Below, piece by piece: positions 49,427 through 61,898 of a stretch of 64,000 bases of DNA (positions within the stretch are counted from its first letter, which is position 1; every line of letters starts with the position of its first letter). This DNA comes from Phoronis australis (taxonomy: Eukaryota > Animalia > Phoronida). The position numbers and the translations under genes are program-made. The notes below the pieces were generated by a model that had not been told where the DNA came from, did no database searches, and was given only the letters and a program-made list of their open reading frames with translations. The DNA lies in assembly GCA_002633005.1 (NCBI GenBank), contig NMRA01000591.1, positions 129,570-193,569 of the forward strand. The letters run 5' to 3'.

Positions 49427-50319
49427 AAGGCAATGACCATCGCCTCTGTTGGCCCGAAGCAGAGGCGATGCAGAGGCTATAGGCGTTCTGTACGCCGGAA
49501 GCTTTTCGGCGAATTATGCCTCGCACCGACTAAACCATCAAAGTCACGTTGTTATAAATACCTTTTGCGCATAGAGGAACACCTTAGGAGGTTGTCGATG
49601 TGTTTAATTCCTTCCAACTCGAACAAATACTCCCGTTATGAAACTTTTTCTTCGAGCAGTCCCTATTTCAGTTCCCAAAATCGTGAAATCAACTTTTTTC
49701 ATTTTTTCAACCAGGCCGAAGGTCAGAAGTTGCGGACCTACCGGCGAACTTTGAAAGCTGAAGTTCCCGCCCTTCGCGTACGTGCTGCCGGGAACCAGCC
49801 GTGCATTTGCCGTGTTGTTAAACATTAAAATGTCAAATATGTGCACAAAGACTATTAAATGTCATATCAACAGCACTTATTTTTATCAAATACAAACAAT
49901 GATTCATTGAAATACAACCAGTTTCAAGTAACGCCAATTACAGACAAGTATAAGTGGTGGCATTTTGGAAACGAACATTTGACTGACAAGACCGCTTTAA
50001 AGATTGAGGTCATGAATTCAAATCACCTAGCGAGCGTGTGCAGCATAAAAATGGTGAGTTCACGATTTTGGGAACTGAAATAGGGACTGCTCGAAGAAAA
50101 AAATTGATAATGGGAGTATTTGTTCGAGTTGGAAGGAATTAAACACATCGACAACATCCTCAGGTGTTCCTCTATGCGCAAAAGGTATTTATAACAACGT
50201 GACTGTGATGGTTTAGTCGGTGCGAGGCATAATTCGCCGAAAAGCTTCCGGCGTACAGAGCGCCTATAGCCTCTGCATCGCCTCTGCTTCGGGCCAACAG
50301 AGGCGATGGTCATTGCCTA
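49427..50319. mobile_element. Mutator(MuDR)-like non-autonomous element, ~260-bp TIRs, 9-bp TSD
   Basis: Arms 49428-49687 / 50059-50318 nearly identical; TGTTACTGT at 49418-49426 and 50320-50328; single tgttagtgt at paralogous empty site 39852-39860. Confidence 0.9.
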
Positions 50320-51307
50320 TGTTACTGTTGGCTTACGTACTACAGCATCCGGCTCTTATGGTGTACGCAAAGGTTTATACATGTAGAGATCGAAATAATC
50401 TCCCATGTTTCAAACTGTAGTGCCATGGTTTTAATGCTCATGCATGAAATTGTGGCACACAAAACACTAGCAATGTAACTGGTCAGAAAGCACAAATTGT
50501 CAAATTTTAATCCACGCACAATTTATCACATTACATTGTAAATAGATTGGCAATACATATGCAATGCCCGACCGATAAACAGTTGGCGAATGCTTACCTT
50601 GTTCATACAGGATTGGTAAGGGCAAACACGAGACTCATTGAACTCGTGTCATCTATTAGTTATGCACAAATAACGTTAAAACGGATAACTTTTTCTTTCT
50701 CAAGTCCACGTGTGGTGTGCACCGATATCCTCATGCTTCAGTGAGTTGTTAGATACACTGTGTGCACTAGTTCTATTGAACCCGCCCCCCCCTGCTGTAC
50801 TGTACTGTTGTGGTGCAACCAGCTGTGTCAGCTCCAGGCGAAACCGCTCTCACCAGGAGCTGGGCGCTGAAATGATGAAGACGTGTCAAAAGGATAAATG
50901 TCAATTCCAGGCAATTTTTAAGGATGGAACTGCCACTGGACAGATGAGTGGCGAAACTAAAAAACTAACCTGCAAGTCTCCAATAAGTAACATATGCTGT
51001 CACCACTGAGTCAATTTGTATTGTCAACAATGCGCACCAGTGTCTAAGCTGCATTGATCGATTCTCGTTGTCCTACCATGTTTGGGGTCAGAGATTTGTG
51101 TATTTTGGTTGAATTTGAAAGATAAAATTAGCTGACCTGAGGGAAATCTGTGAACACTTCAGTGAAATTCAAAGAATAAGGGTTCTTCTATTGTCCTTTT
51201 GTCTGTGTTTTTAAAAATGCTCCCCGTCATAGCATTTAATTTTTAGGATCTCGCATACATATTTATATGTGATTGCATTGACTGCCATCCCCATCCATCC
51301 GCTCATG

Positions 51308-51417
51308 GGCAATGGTCTGATATAACGTGCCCGAATTTTGAGAACCAGTTTTCATCACTGAATAACGGTCATCAAACTGGTTCTCAAAATGCGGGCACGC
51401 TAAATCAGGCTATTGCC
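51308..51417. repeat. ~110-bp hairpin / MITE remnant
   Basis: cgtgcccgaattttgagaaccagttt vs aaactggttctcaaaatgcgggcacg, flanks ggcaatggtctgat / atcaggctattgcc. Confidence 0.8.
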
Positions 51418-52807
51418 AGCTGGTGTTTGTATCTCTAAGTCTTCTATTTGGGAAATTCGTGAAACTTTGCAGTTATAAAGTGATTTTTAAACAGATGTGA
51501 CTGCTGCGGTGGAAAGCACGATCAGATTTTTAGATGTGTCCGACTCCTGGCGTGCTCCGTAGTGGTGAATGTAGTTATTTATGTTTGTCTTTGTTTCTTC
51601 GTAGTTCTTTGACGAGCTACCATGATATTCAAAAGTTATAATCTGTTAAGAAGGTGGCGCTGCATTCCTATTTTAGAATTGGTTTAACGTACATTGTATT
51701 CTGTGCCACCTGGTGTCTGTTTATACTGTTTTCCTAGACTGTTTCGTGGCGTCCAACTTTCTGTTGGCCAAACAGCACTATGGGTGATTATGGAAATTTT
51801 GTAAAAGTGGTCGTATTGGGGAGAGAACGTGATGAGGATTTGATGGTTGTCTTATGCTACCATGTCACCTCCTAGTGCCATTTTAGTGTCCACGGCTGTA
51901 TTTCATGAACGCCTTGTTTAGATGTGACCTATTTACACGTATTTCTATGAAATTGAAAATAAAGTTCGATGACTTTTGGATGGATCTAACTACCACCCTG
52001 TCCCCTTGTTGAAATTTGTTCTGTATCCTTGAAGTTCCTCGGTGGGTTTTCATAAAGTTTGGCAAATATGTAGATGTATAATCAAAATTTGTGAGACAAC
52101 ACCGTGTTTTCTTTACAGATGGATTTGACGTATTCTGGGCCACCTTGTAACTGTACTGCTTTTAAACCTGATTGTTGCCCTCTTTCTGCCAAATCACTCT
52201 GAAATTGGAATGCGGTCACTCTGTGAAGCACATGGCTGAGGGTGATTTTAACTGCTGTGGTGCCCTCTTGTGGCATTTCATTTTTATTTCTGGATTGTGA
52301 TTCAATACAAGTTCTTTAACCGGTCTTCATGAAACTTGGCCATTTTCCATTGAGGAGAGTACATCTGAGATGAATTTCAGGACAAATCTCAACATAGCAG
52401 AATGGCCTGTACCAGTTTTGTTTTTCTTATTGTTTTCCACGATGTATGGTCATGGGATTTGGCAAATATGTTACAATCATAGACTTCAGCACGTGCCCTG
52501 TTTGATATGGAAATGTGTGTCACATTATGCGTGTTTTCGCAATTGCCATGCGTGCAGAAATGTTTATATAATTTATATATTCTTCTTTGAGTAACACGTT
52601 TAGTTAAAATTTGTAGTCACCATATGGTGCCTTATGATTACATAACAATGCTGTATACTTTAACCAAGTGCCTTTCATCAAGTACGCTGTATAATCAAAG
52701 TTGAGTGATTTGTTGCTGACTAAAACATGAGGATTACCGGGGACATTGTGTCTAATATAGTTAAATGTGTATATTATATCTGGTTAAAGTGGATTGTTTA
52801 TTGATCA

Positions 52808-53064
52808 AGGGCCAGTTCCAACAAAACTGACTTAGCTAAGACAAGCCTTAAAAAATTAGTAAATTTTAAAATATACACTTAAATTTGTCTCAAAACCAAT
52901 TCAAGGAAGAGATCTTAGGTTTGACCTACATGTAAGTGTTTGACATAAATTTGGTCTTAATTTTGACTACCTAACCGAATGTGGAAGTTTCAAAGTTTGG
53001 GATTTGAGACAAATCTTGAACTTAAGTAAAAATGAACTTAAGTAAGTTTCTTGGAACAGACCCC
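52808..53064. mobile_element. ~255-bp Harbinger-like MITE
   Basis: gggccagttccaacaaaact / agtttcttggaacagacccc termini; absent from paralogous site ~42000 (ttgatcagtcgtatatg). Confidence 0.7.
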
Positions 53065-53663
53065 AGTTGTATATGTCAAGAAATGCAAATCTGACATCAA
53101 ATTTCATGGGCATCGCATCAAAGGGAGCTGGGAGGGGGCTATAGCCCCACTTGTTTCACTGCTGCGCCGCCCATGGGCTATGGGCGGTGCAGCACAGGGG
53201 GTTGGAGGTTTATAGAGCCCCCACTTTTTAGTGCTTCGCCGAGCGTATACCAGTACTTTATGAAGTTCAGTGGTTTTATGAACCGACTCCTTGGCAACAC
53301 TTTTCAAAAGATTACTCAAATGAATTCATCTTTAAATTTTTAGCGCTGAAACCCTGGGACTGTACATGGGAAGGGTTGGAGAGGGAACTCAAGTGCGAAT
53401 TCTGCTTTGTCATTCATTGTCGCTTATAAATATTTCGACTTCTTGATATAACTTTTAATGGGTAAGAAAAAGAAACGAGGGATTTCATTATCTGCTATTT
53501 TCTCAGCCCTTACCCAGTAAGCAGAAGAGAACAACACTGGAAAAGCAGTTCATCTCTTGCGACATAACGCTATATTTAATCAAGAAACAAATTTAATCGT
53601 GCACAGAACTATGTACTTCAACCAACATTGTTAAAAACAAAACTCGGGTAACATGTATACCAA

Positions 53664-53814
53664 CCTCCCGTTCAGTAACGCTAGGACCTCGCTAAAAAGC
53701 AAGACTTCGCGAGATTACATGAGATATTGCCGTGCATTTTAAATGAGAACACGTGACTTTGACTAGGTTTTAGCTAGATCCTAGCGTAGGTCCTAGAGTC
53801 TACTGAACGCACGC
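53664..53814 (-). mobile_element. MITE family A copy 2
   Basis: Reverse complement of 33563-33713; flanks CAA/CAG; absent at paralogous site ~42460. Confidence 0.88.
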
Positions 53815-55021
53815 CAGGTTTTCTTTAGTTGTGCTCGTTTCATAATCTGAAGCCGAGCAACTGCTCCACATCGAGCTCGCGTAGTCTTGAAATCCAACAC
53901 CAGGTGACCCTGTGTTTCGACAAGAAGAACTTCCAAATGTAGAATTCACGCTAACAAAATTGGTTTTGCATCCAACACAAGGGTATCTTTCAACTGCTCT
54001 ACGTTGTTCAAGTTAATTTAGTGACTGGTATCAGGAAGAGATAGGTTTGTAGTTATTTCGCTGTGAAAATCAGGTCTGGCGCATCGCCTGCCATCAGCGG
54101 ACATTAGGTGATGGTGGTTATGTTTGCTCAGAGGTCACGAGCTGCACAGGTTACGAACCATGGAAATAAGTACATCAACTGATGCACCGAATAAATTTCG
54201 TTTAAAAGTGGTGTGTACGTATTACATAGACCGTTGCATGCTTTGTGCAAATGCGTTAGAATGTAGTTTATATCATCAGTGCGATTTCTCCACAATAACC
54301 AGGGTTAAAACCTGCTTGAAATGAAGGATTTGCAACAAAATCCACATCAACGTTTTTACATATCCTAACTAACCTAAGATAGAAAAATTAATACTAGACA
54401 CGTTAAGTGGTTTTCTTGTATTGGTATTTGGCTACGGTTGTCCACATTTTTGGTGTTTCCAATGCTTTCGAGTCCATGGTAACTGGTTCCGTTATCATTT
54501 CAAGTTTTCTTTGTGCAGGAGTGTCTGATATGTTTTTTTAGTCGCCTATTAATATCTGTAAACTTTTGTACGGACGCCAATAAACATGTACACTGTATCC
54601 TGAGTATATTTTTATTCGCGGTTTGTAAACAAAAACAACACCTGAGAAGAAATTAATCAATTCACGGCTCTTGTTCCAGATTTGGAAACTAATTTCACTG
54701 CTGTGGCGTTCTTCCACCTCGTATGGGTCCCATCGCCTTATCTAATTCATCCTCCACCCCTAAAGTGTGATTCTTTTCGTCCATGTTGTCTTATGCACTG
54801 GACGCAGTCCAGTTTTAAAGTTTCTCGGAAACTAACCGCTCTTGAGGGGGATTACTAGCATTAGGGGTCATCAGTTACATGGGACCCCGAGTCAAGAGTA
54901 CATGGCAAGGTTCGTCTATAAGCAGTTGGAGGGAAATAAGGACTGAGATTTTGGGACGATCTCCTTTTTCACTTAGTGTTGGCACTGGTATTAATTTTTA
55001 GAAGACATTAAGTTCTTTTAA

Positions 55022-56724
55022 AAGAGAATGCCACCCGATTTAATTAGTCTTTTTACCGCCTTAATCGGTCTATATCCACATCGCCTTTTACACGGTCGAA
55101 ATCACCTTGCCGAGAAGTGTCGCGTTAATCTGTGAGGAAGATGAGAAACGACGCATCGACGTCAGTGGTTCGTCTGCAGAGTGAATGCCGCTATATTGCG
55201 GTGCATCGTTCCCGCTTGTCCGAACTATGAAGCTGCGAAGAAAGCGGGTATATCGTTTTTCGACTTCATCGAGAGCCCAAATGCCTAGAAAGTGTCTTGC
55301 AGTAGTGAAGAATGAAAGGAACGCTGTTAATAGCAAGTATGAGGCTTTGAAACATCTCCGTGTCTGTGGCCGGCATTTCGTCGACAGTGATTTCTTTGAC
55401 GAATTCCGGCTTACTAAAGAACTATCCATACATTCCTTTGCCTGTGCATGTTCACGGCGCCTGTCTAATATTTCTTGATCAGTGTAATCCGGTTCGAACT
55501 GATATACTGTGAAATCTAACGATCCCACCCGTGAAGACTTCGTCGGATGAGCTTTTTACTAAGTAGGGATTGGCGCCGGGCGAGTTGCCATGTAGACGTT
55601 TATTATTCTGCGTTCTGTTTCAAAATGAATTGTTCTCATCCTAACCAATGCTTATATATAAAACTGAAACAAAATCTGTCTCACTAGATACAATTTGTAA
55701 TGCCTTTGAAGTATTCGTGAGTGCAAATGTTTAGAAGCCATCAATGAATGAACCACTTCGTTACCGGCCTTTGATGCCGGCAATAAAGGTAATTGACCAG
55801 GCACCGAGGCCGTGTGAGCACATGCTAATTCAGTGTTTGCTGACAGAAAACTCTTGTGAAACAATTACTCGATTTTATATGCTATGGTCACATGTTAGGG
55901 GAACCTTTATTTAGAAAAAAAATACATTATTGGAATCATTGTTACTGTACAACCTTTACCCAGACGGTCAGTGGAAGGGGGACCCGATTTCGCGGCCCCC
56001 GACAAGCAAGTAGATTTTTAGTTTCGTGGCTAGTTCACATAAATAATCGCGTCCACATTATTTCTTTGGCTCACTATTATAGTCTTTTTGTGACTGGAGG
56101 TTTAGTTTCCAACTCAAGCTGATTTATGTTTGTGCCAGTCCCGGTGGCGGTGACGGGCCTGATCGGGTTCAGAGCCACTCAGTGGCCGGGATAACGAGTC
56201 AGTCCGGGCGTCGCGTCCGGACTGATTCGTTATCCCGGCCTGATCGGGTTCCGAGCAACTGGCTGAGATAACAAGCGTTTTGTGTGTTTAGAACTCAAAA
56301 ATCACGAGTCTAAACCACACAGATCTAGGTTCTCCTGTCTGTATTTCACGGAAGAGTACTTCGAATTTATCTCCGAACAGACCGAATTTTGTAGGCTNAC
56401 GATGTGTCCAAATACCAATAAATCAGTAACAGCGAAATAAAACAACACGTTTTTATAAGAACTCGGTGTATTTTTAAGAGTTTTACACCGAAGTTTGATG
56501 ATTTATTGGTGTTAAACAATGAATTCAACCCATGAGCTGACACCAATAACCCGTTTTTTAAACTGCTGAACAGACTGCGTATGAAACCAAGGACGTCATT
56601 AGATAATTTCAGCACCTCTGTCTGCCGTCTGGTTTCAGGTAACGCAACCGAATGTGCCGTTTTTGAGTAGAATTACTCGATCTAAATTGATACAAAATAG
56701 GTTGTTTTTGGGTGGCATTCTCCT
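55022..56724. mobile_element. Complete-ended non-autonomous Kolobok-like transposon (1.7 kb)
   Basis: TTAA|AAGAGAATGCCACCC ... GGGTGGCATTCTCCT|TTAA; + strand frameshifted THAP (MPLYCGA../CPNYEAAKKAGISFF/..RKCLAVVKNE...LRVCGRHFVDSDF); - strand KolX-like start (VYQFEPDYTDQEI). Confidence 0.88.
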
Positions 56725-57243
56725 TTAAGGCAAAAGGAATTTAACATTACCTACAATAAATCCAAGTATTCTAAAATTACCCGATCTAGCCCAAAACAAT
56801 AGACATGAAATTTGAAGAATACATTACAGTTCCCTATCAGTCAATATGTTTTTGTTCTTCCACACAATTTGGTTGTCAATTATCTTGTTCTTATTCAAGT
56901 AGTCAGTTATTGCTTTCCAAGTAATCAAGATGTCATTAGTGGTGGTGATTTTATAAGTCTAACGACTCTTTCATGCTAACCTAACTCCGATATGAGCGGA
57001 GCGTCTACGTAAACTGCGAACTTGAATGAGTTGTTCACCGTTCGGTAGTTGACGGCAATTGGAAGTAAACGGTACATACGATGGATCTTTGAAGTACATG
57101 CAATCGGGGCGCAGGCTCATCCATAGCACTGAATGGCCTTGATTAATTAAACCTGTCTTATCCGATGTAGTAGTCATATCAATCAATCACAGTTTATCAT
57201 CGTGTGTTCATGGTGGTATAAACTGCCAGTTATGAGCATTGAT

Positions 57244-57395
57244 CAGGAGCGGATCCAGGATTTTTAGTTAGGGGTCTGGGTGAGTATTAGCCTGGATTTT
57301 GCCCGTCATACATTCGCACCCCCGAACCTCCAAATGGGATCTGAGAGAGTTTAGGGGGGCCATGGCCCCCTTGGCCCCCTCTAAATCCGCCACTG
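57244..57395 (+). mobile_element. 152-bp hAT-like MITE with 5-bp TSD (family B)
   Basis: CAGGAGCGGAT ... ATCCGCCACTG termini; TTGAT at 57239-57243 and 57396-57400. Confidence 0.8.
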
Positions 57396-58733
57396 TTGAT
57401 GACTGATCGTACTCGGTGCCTAGTCAGTCTATAATGTTGTGTCTGCCCTTCGCCCGGCTCAGTCACTTCTTGGTACAATTGAGACTTCAAATTTATTATT
57501 TTGAGGTAATCCAGGCCTAAATAAACGTGTTGCTCGCAAACAAGTTTATGATGCTCTTTCGGCATCATTTTTGTTCAAACTTGCACAAAATGAATTTTAA
57601 AGGAAAGTATTGCAAAATGAAACCCTTTCAACAACTCTGATACCCGCGCCGGGTAGTTTTACAATCAACGTCTGCCCCGGGAACCAGAAACTAAATCTGT
57701 GACGCTGTTGGTGTCGTCGGTATGTGTCACTTTTATCAATTAAAACTCCCGGATGTTACATAAAATGTGAAAACTGAAACCTGACAACTTTTACGAAATT
57801 AATTAGGAATGTTTTACCTTAGTTACAAAAGAGTTTAACTGACCAGTGGAAATAGGCACGAAATGTTGTCTCACAGCTCAGGGCCCTGGCGCTACGAGAC
57901 ATGTCTTGCCAGAGCACTTACAGTGTATTACTTATTGATTTTTTGCCGAGAAAAAGAGGGTATAGTGTGAAATATATTCTACTGTTACCTTGTCAGTTCA
58001 AATATATCAGGCATTTGCATGCATGAAGTTTTTGCAAGTCATTGAATGATCTCAAAGTCTATACCGCCGTGCGCAACAGCCGTTCCGCTCAGTGTATCAA
58101 GTCCAGCGTCCGTAAGCTGGAGTACCTGTAGGTTACTGCGGACGACCCCTTTAATTAAAAGTGTGCAGCAGTTTATTTACATTAACAAATTCGCGTTTGA
58201 TTTAGCACAGTGATAAGGCGTCTGGCTGTCTGTGAGTGGAATATGCCTGGGCACTCGGCTATTTCAACTGTTGCATTTTTCTCATTTAATTTTGAAAGTT
58301 TATTTCGAATTATCTTATGACGACCACAATAGTATGTGTTTAGTCAAAATCGGCCCACATTTGCCAAAGATACGCCTACAATCAGGTAAGAAGAAGGCAC
58401 TCATTCGTGTGGAATTGTATTAATGCGCGTTAAGTTAATGTTATTACACTTTGTTTGAGATTTAGAGTGATTTTTTAAATTGTGTCAGGACTTTTCTGTG
58501 TAATCATCTGCTTTCCAGAAAATCTTAGGCATTACTAAAATTCGACTTTCCGAATAAAGAACTAACGGAATCCTTAAGTTCAATACTTGGATATTTTGTT
58601 AAGGGACCCCTGATGGTGGAACAAATGAAATTTTAACACCAAGTATCACTCTACCGAGGAACAAAGCTAGCGGTGCAGATATGCAAGACACTCTCTTTCC
58701 ACTCTTTAAAATAGTTCCATTGAAGAACACCTG

Positions 58734-60104
58734 GGCCCGGTCTCCAATCTCCGTACTCAGACTCATACTCATACTCGAGATTTCATACTCAAAACCGTGC
58801 TCACTGGAGTCGTACTCAAAAAAGCGTATCTAATGTCGTATTTCGAGTAGACTCCAAACGTACTCAAATCTGACACTCATACTCGAGTTGCTATGGAACT
58901 CTTTATGATGTGAAATGCAAAATCACGCAAAGCCGCGCTGATTCATCGCTCCCTATTGGAATAGACCACCCCAAGAACTAGGCCTACTATTATCGTCTGC
59001 TGTCGCTACAACTACAAGAGTTTGTCTATAACGTATAATTCTGAGTGTTCTGTAACTGTTATTCATTTTTTAGTTTCAATAAATATTCTTATGCCATTTA
59101 TTTGATACATGTGGCAATTATTAAGCTTTACTTCTTGAGTTCCTCACCCAGTTCCTAAAATGCCTTAAGAAATATGTAACAGCTTATCACATCACATCTC
59201 TGTTGCTAATTTAGTCTTGACATAAAACCCATTGCTGTGTAGTCCTACGCTGATGTCAAACTTTGATACTGTATCTTTGTATTTTACCGGGATGTATCAA
59301 GTGAGTTGACACTTGGCACGTGAGTTAAAAAACAATACTTGTGCAGGCATTCAGAGTTCACCAGTGGCAGACGAGACGTCTACTTAGAAATCTGCAAACA
59401 AAATCTGGAATTCCATTTGGGGTTTGAGGAATTATAGATGACTAAGTTATGATGAGAAAAGTACCCGACAGGGAAGCGAACTTTTTTAACTTCCCTCCCC
59501 TCCTCGTCTTTTGGAAACCCTACAAAACGTAGGCACACATACCGAAATAAGGGCAGCACAAACTTCTCACACGACTTTTCCCACAACTGCTTTCGACGCT
59601 CGTTGTGACTCGCCGACAAGGGATTACAAGGCGCCTGTAGAGGTTGAATGGCGGCCAAAACACACAGTGATACGGCGGGTTAATAAGGTGAAGAATAAGA
59701 AGATTTAAGATGAAAACTATTATCTCTGAACTCAAAAAATTGAAGTGCTGAGATACGGTAAGAGGACTTATTTTTTAGATTTGCTGTGTTTCTTGGTTCC
59801 CTTTCGATATTTTGTTCTCTGGCTCGTATTTATTTTCGAGTACGATTTCAAGCACACTGCCATACCAAACTTGAAGTTTGATCATAGACTCCGAATTTTT
59901 ACTCAAAATCGTACTCGAAATAAAGATGAGATACACTTCAGTTCGAGTACACTCGAAAATTGAGTACGTGCTCAAAATTTCGAGTACCAGTGATTTTTCA
60001 AGTATGACATTGAATACACCAAAGCTGAGTCTGTACTCGAGTTGAGTATGAAGTGTGAGTTGGCGCATGATTCGAGTCTGAGTACGGAGATTGGAGACCG
60101 GGCC
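58734..60104. mobile_element. 1.37-kb non-autonomous PIF/Harbinger-like element
   Basis: 31-bp perfect TIR GGCCCGGTCTCCAATCTCCGTACTCAGACTC; CTG/CAG flanks; many subterminal TACTC/GAGTA repeats. Confidence 0.88.
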
Positions 60105-60107
60105 CAG

Positions 60108-60282
60108 GTTTGCGTTCAGTAACGGTAAGACCTACGCTAGGACCTATGCTAAGGACCTACGCTAGGACCTGGGTAAAATCTAGCCAAAGTCACGTGTTCT
60201 CTTTAAAAACACACAGCGCTATCTCTCGTGATCTCGTGAAGTCTTGCTTTTTAGCGAGGTCCTAGCGTTACCGAACGGGAGG
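60108..60282 (+). mobile_element. MITE family A copy 3 (extra gacctacgctag units)
   Basis: Matches 33563-33713; flanks CAG/CTG; abuts the 58734-60104 element. Confidence 0.88.
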
Positions 60283-61593
60283 CTGGCATACAGACGCTTT
60301 CATATGCTGGGTCTTACTTAACAGTTAAACAACCTACGTCTATGGACTGAGCTCAGGGTCGTGTCGATGGTAAATGTACATCTCTATACATGTATGGCAA
60401 AAGTTGAGTAAACTGTCACCAAAACAAATCGTAATGAGCCTGTTGCTACTGTAAGCTGAACTTGCAAAAAGCGTCCGTCATATTGGCTTAGTTCTTTTGC
60501 GACATCGCAACAATGGCAGGCGTGGTCTAACTGCGTTGGTCGGAACTGTCCAACGTAAATGGGTCGTTTGCAATCTGCAGGTTATATTGAGTGAAATACA
60601 ATCTTAGTAGATTACATAAGTTATGATTCGAAACGCCGTCGCTGACGTACACATAACCGATCATTTCTCATTAAGACATTTTTCACCAATCAACACGTCA
60701 AGGCTGTTGGGTGTGAAAAGTAAATACATTTTGTGATGGCATATTATTTCTTTTATATATATATGTAAATAATTTTAATTGTCTAAAACTCAGTTCAATC
60801 CATCCAATCGCAACAGTGTGATGGTTGCTGTCCGTTTGCACTACGCTGTGATGTTATACATGTTCGTCCTCGAGGATCGCTGCACATCATTGGCCTGTAG
60901 GATTGGATAATCGCTTAGCTGTAGCAGCGCTGCCTTAAAAGACGACGCTTAACAGCGCCGTGCTATAGACGTCAGTACTTGTTCCGACTAGTAGCACAAA
61001 CATGTAAACTAAGACGTTGAATCGTGCAATAGTCTTGTGACTTATGTCGAGGATTGCGAGCAATATGGTGGGGTTCACGAGACCAGACTCCTGGGGTATT
61101 ATTCACAGTACGACCAACATCAGCTTTAACATGACTCAAAAGGGCTTGCACGCATCTCGTGTCTTCGACATTTTTTCTGCCACCTACCTGATCACCGTTG
61201 GTGAGTACTGAGGCTAACATTTTGGAATTAATGTATTTCTCAGATATTCCTTACAAGTGCTTATTTGTCTTCCCCTGTATTTAACGACAAGAAGTCATTG
61301 CTTTGCCATTAGAGTATACTTGGTTACAGACACGCAAGCAGTCCACATAGATATCAGCCTTTTCCTGAGTATTCAGGCAGCGTTTAAGTGGAACAGAACT
61401 TGAACCACAAACACTTTTGTTGAAATTCACCAGCTTTCCTATTTTGGCGGCAATTACATTTTTAATGATGTATTACATTTAACGTGTAGAAAACAAGGAA
61501 TTTCACCTCTTATTTTTCTATAATGAATATGTTTTTTGCCAATTAAAATGGGCCGGATCAAGGAATTGCAGGCTCGTAGCATAAATGGCAGCG

Positions 61594-61898
61594 CAGTGGC
61601 GGATTTAATGGGGGCTAAGGGGGGGGGGGGGCTAAAATTNCCATTTGGCAGTTGAGGGGTGCGAATGTCTTCAGCGCAAAATCCTGGCTAACACACTCTG
61701 CCCCACACCCAAGGGCAAGTCTTGGATTTTGAGTTAGGGGACCAGGGCAGTATATTAGACAAGACTTAGGCCCTCAGGCATTCGCAACCCCGAACTGCCA
61801 AATGGAATATGAGATATTTTAGGGAGTCATGGCCGCATTGGCCCCCATCCAAATCCGCCACTGGCACCCCCCAACTCAAAATCCTGGACCCGCCCCTG
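61594..61898. mobile_element. Two nested family B MITEs (inner 61710-61863 in opposite orientation)
   Basis: Outer CAGTGGCGGATT...CCCGCCCCTG; inner CAAGGGC...AAATCCGCCACTG with ACACC/GCACC flanks; both homologous to 57244-57395. Confidence 0.75.

Larger units (their letters stand above)
49280..53990. repeat. Old non-coding duplication, copy B (expanded by younger insertions)
   Basis: Colinear with 39700-42510 once insertions at 49427, 52808, 53664 etc. are removed. Confidence 0.85.

Noticed and set aside
38168-50313. Paired near-identical ORFs in the ORF track (38168+/39431-, 49409+/50313-) as duplicated genes
   Set aside because: They are by-products of inverted-repeat arms; no recognisable domain or splice structure.
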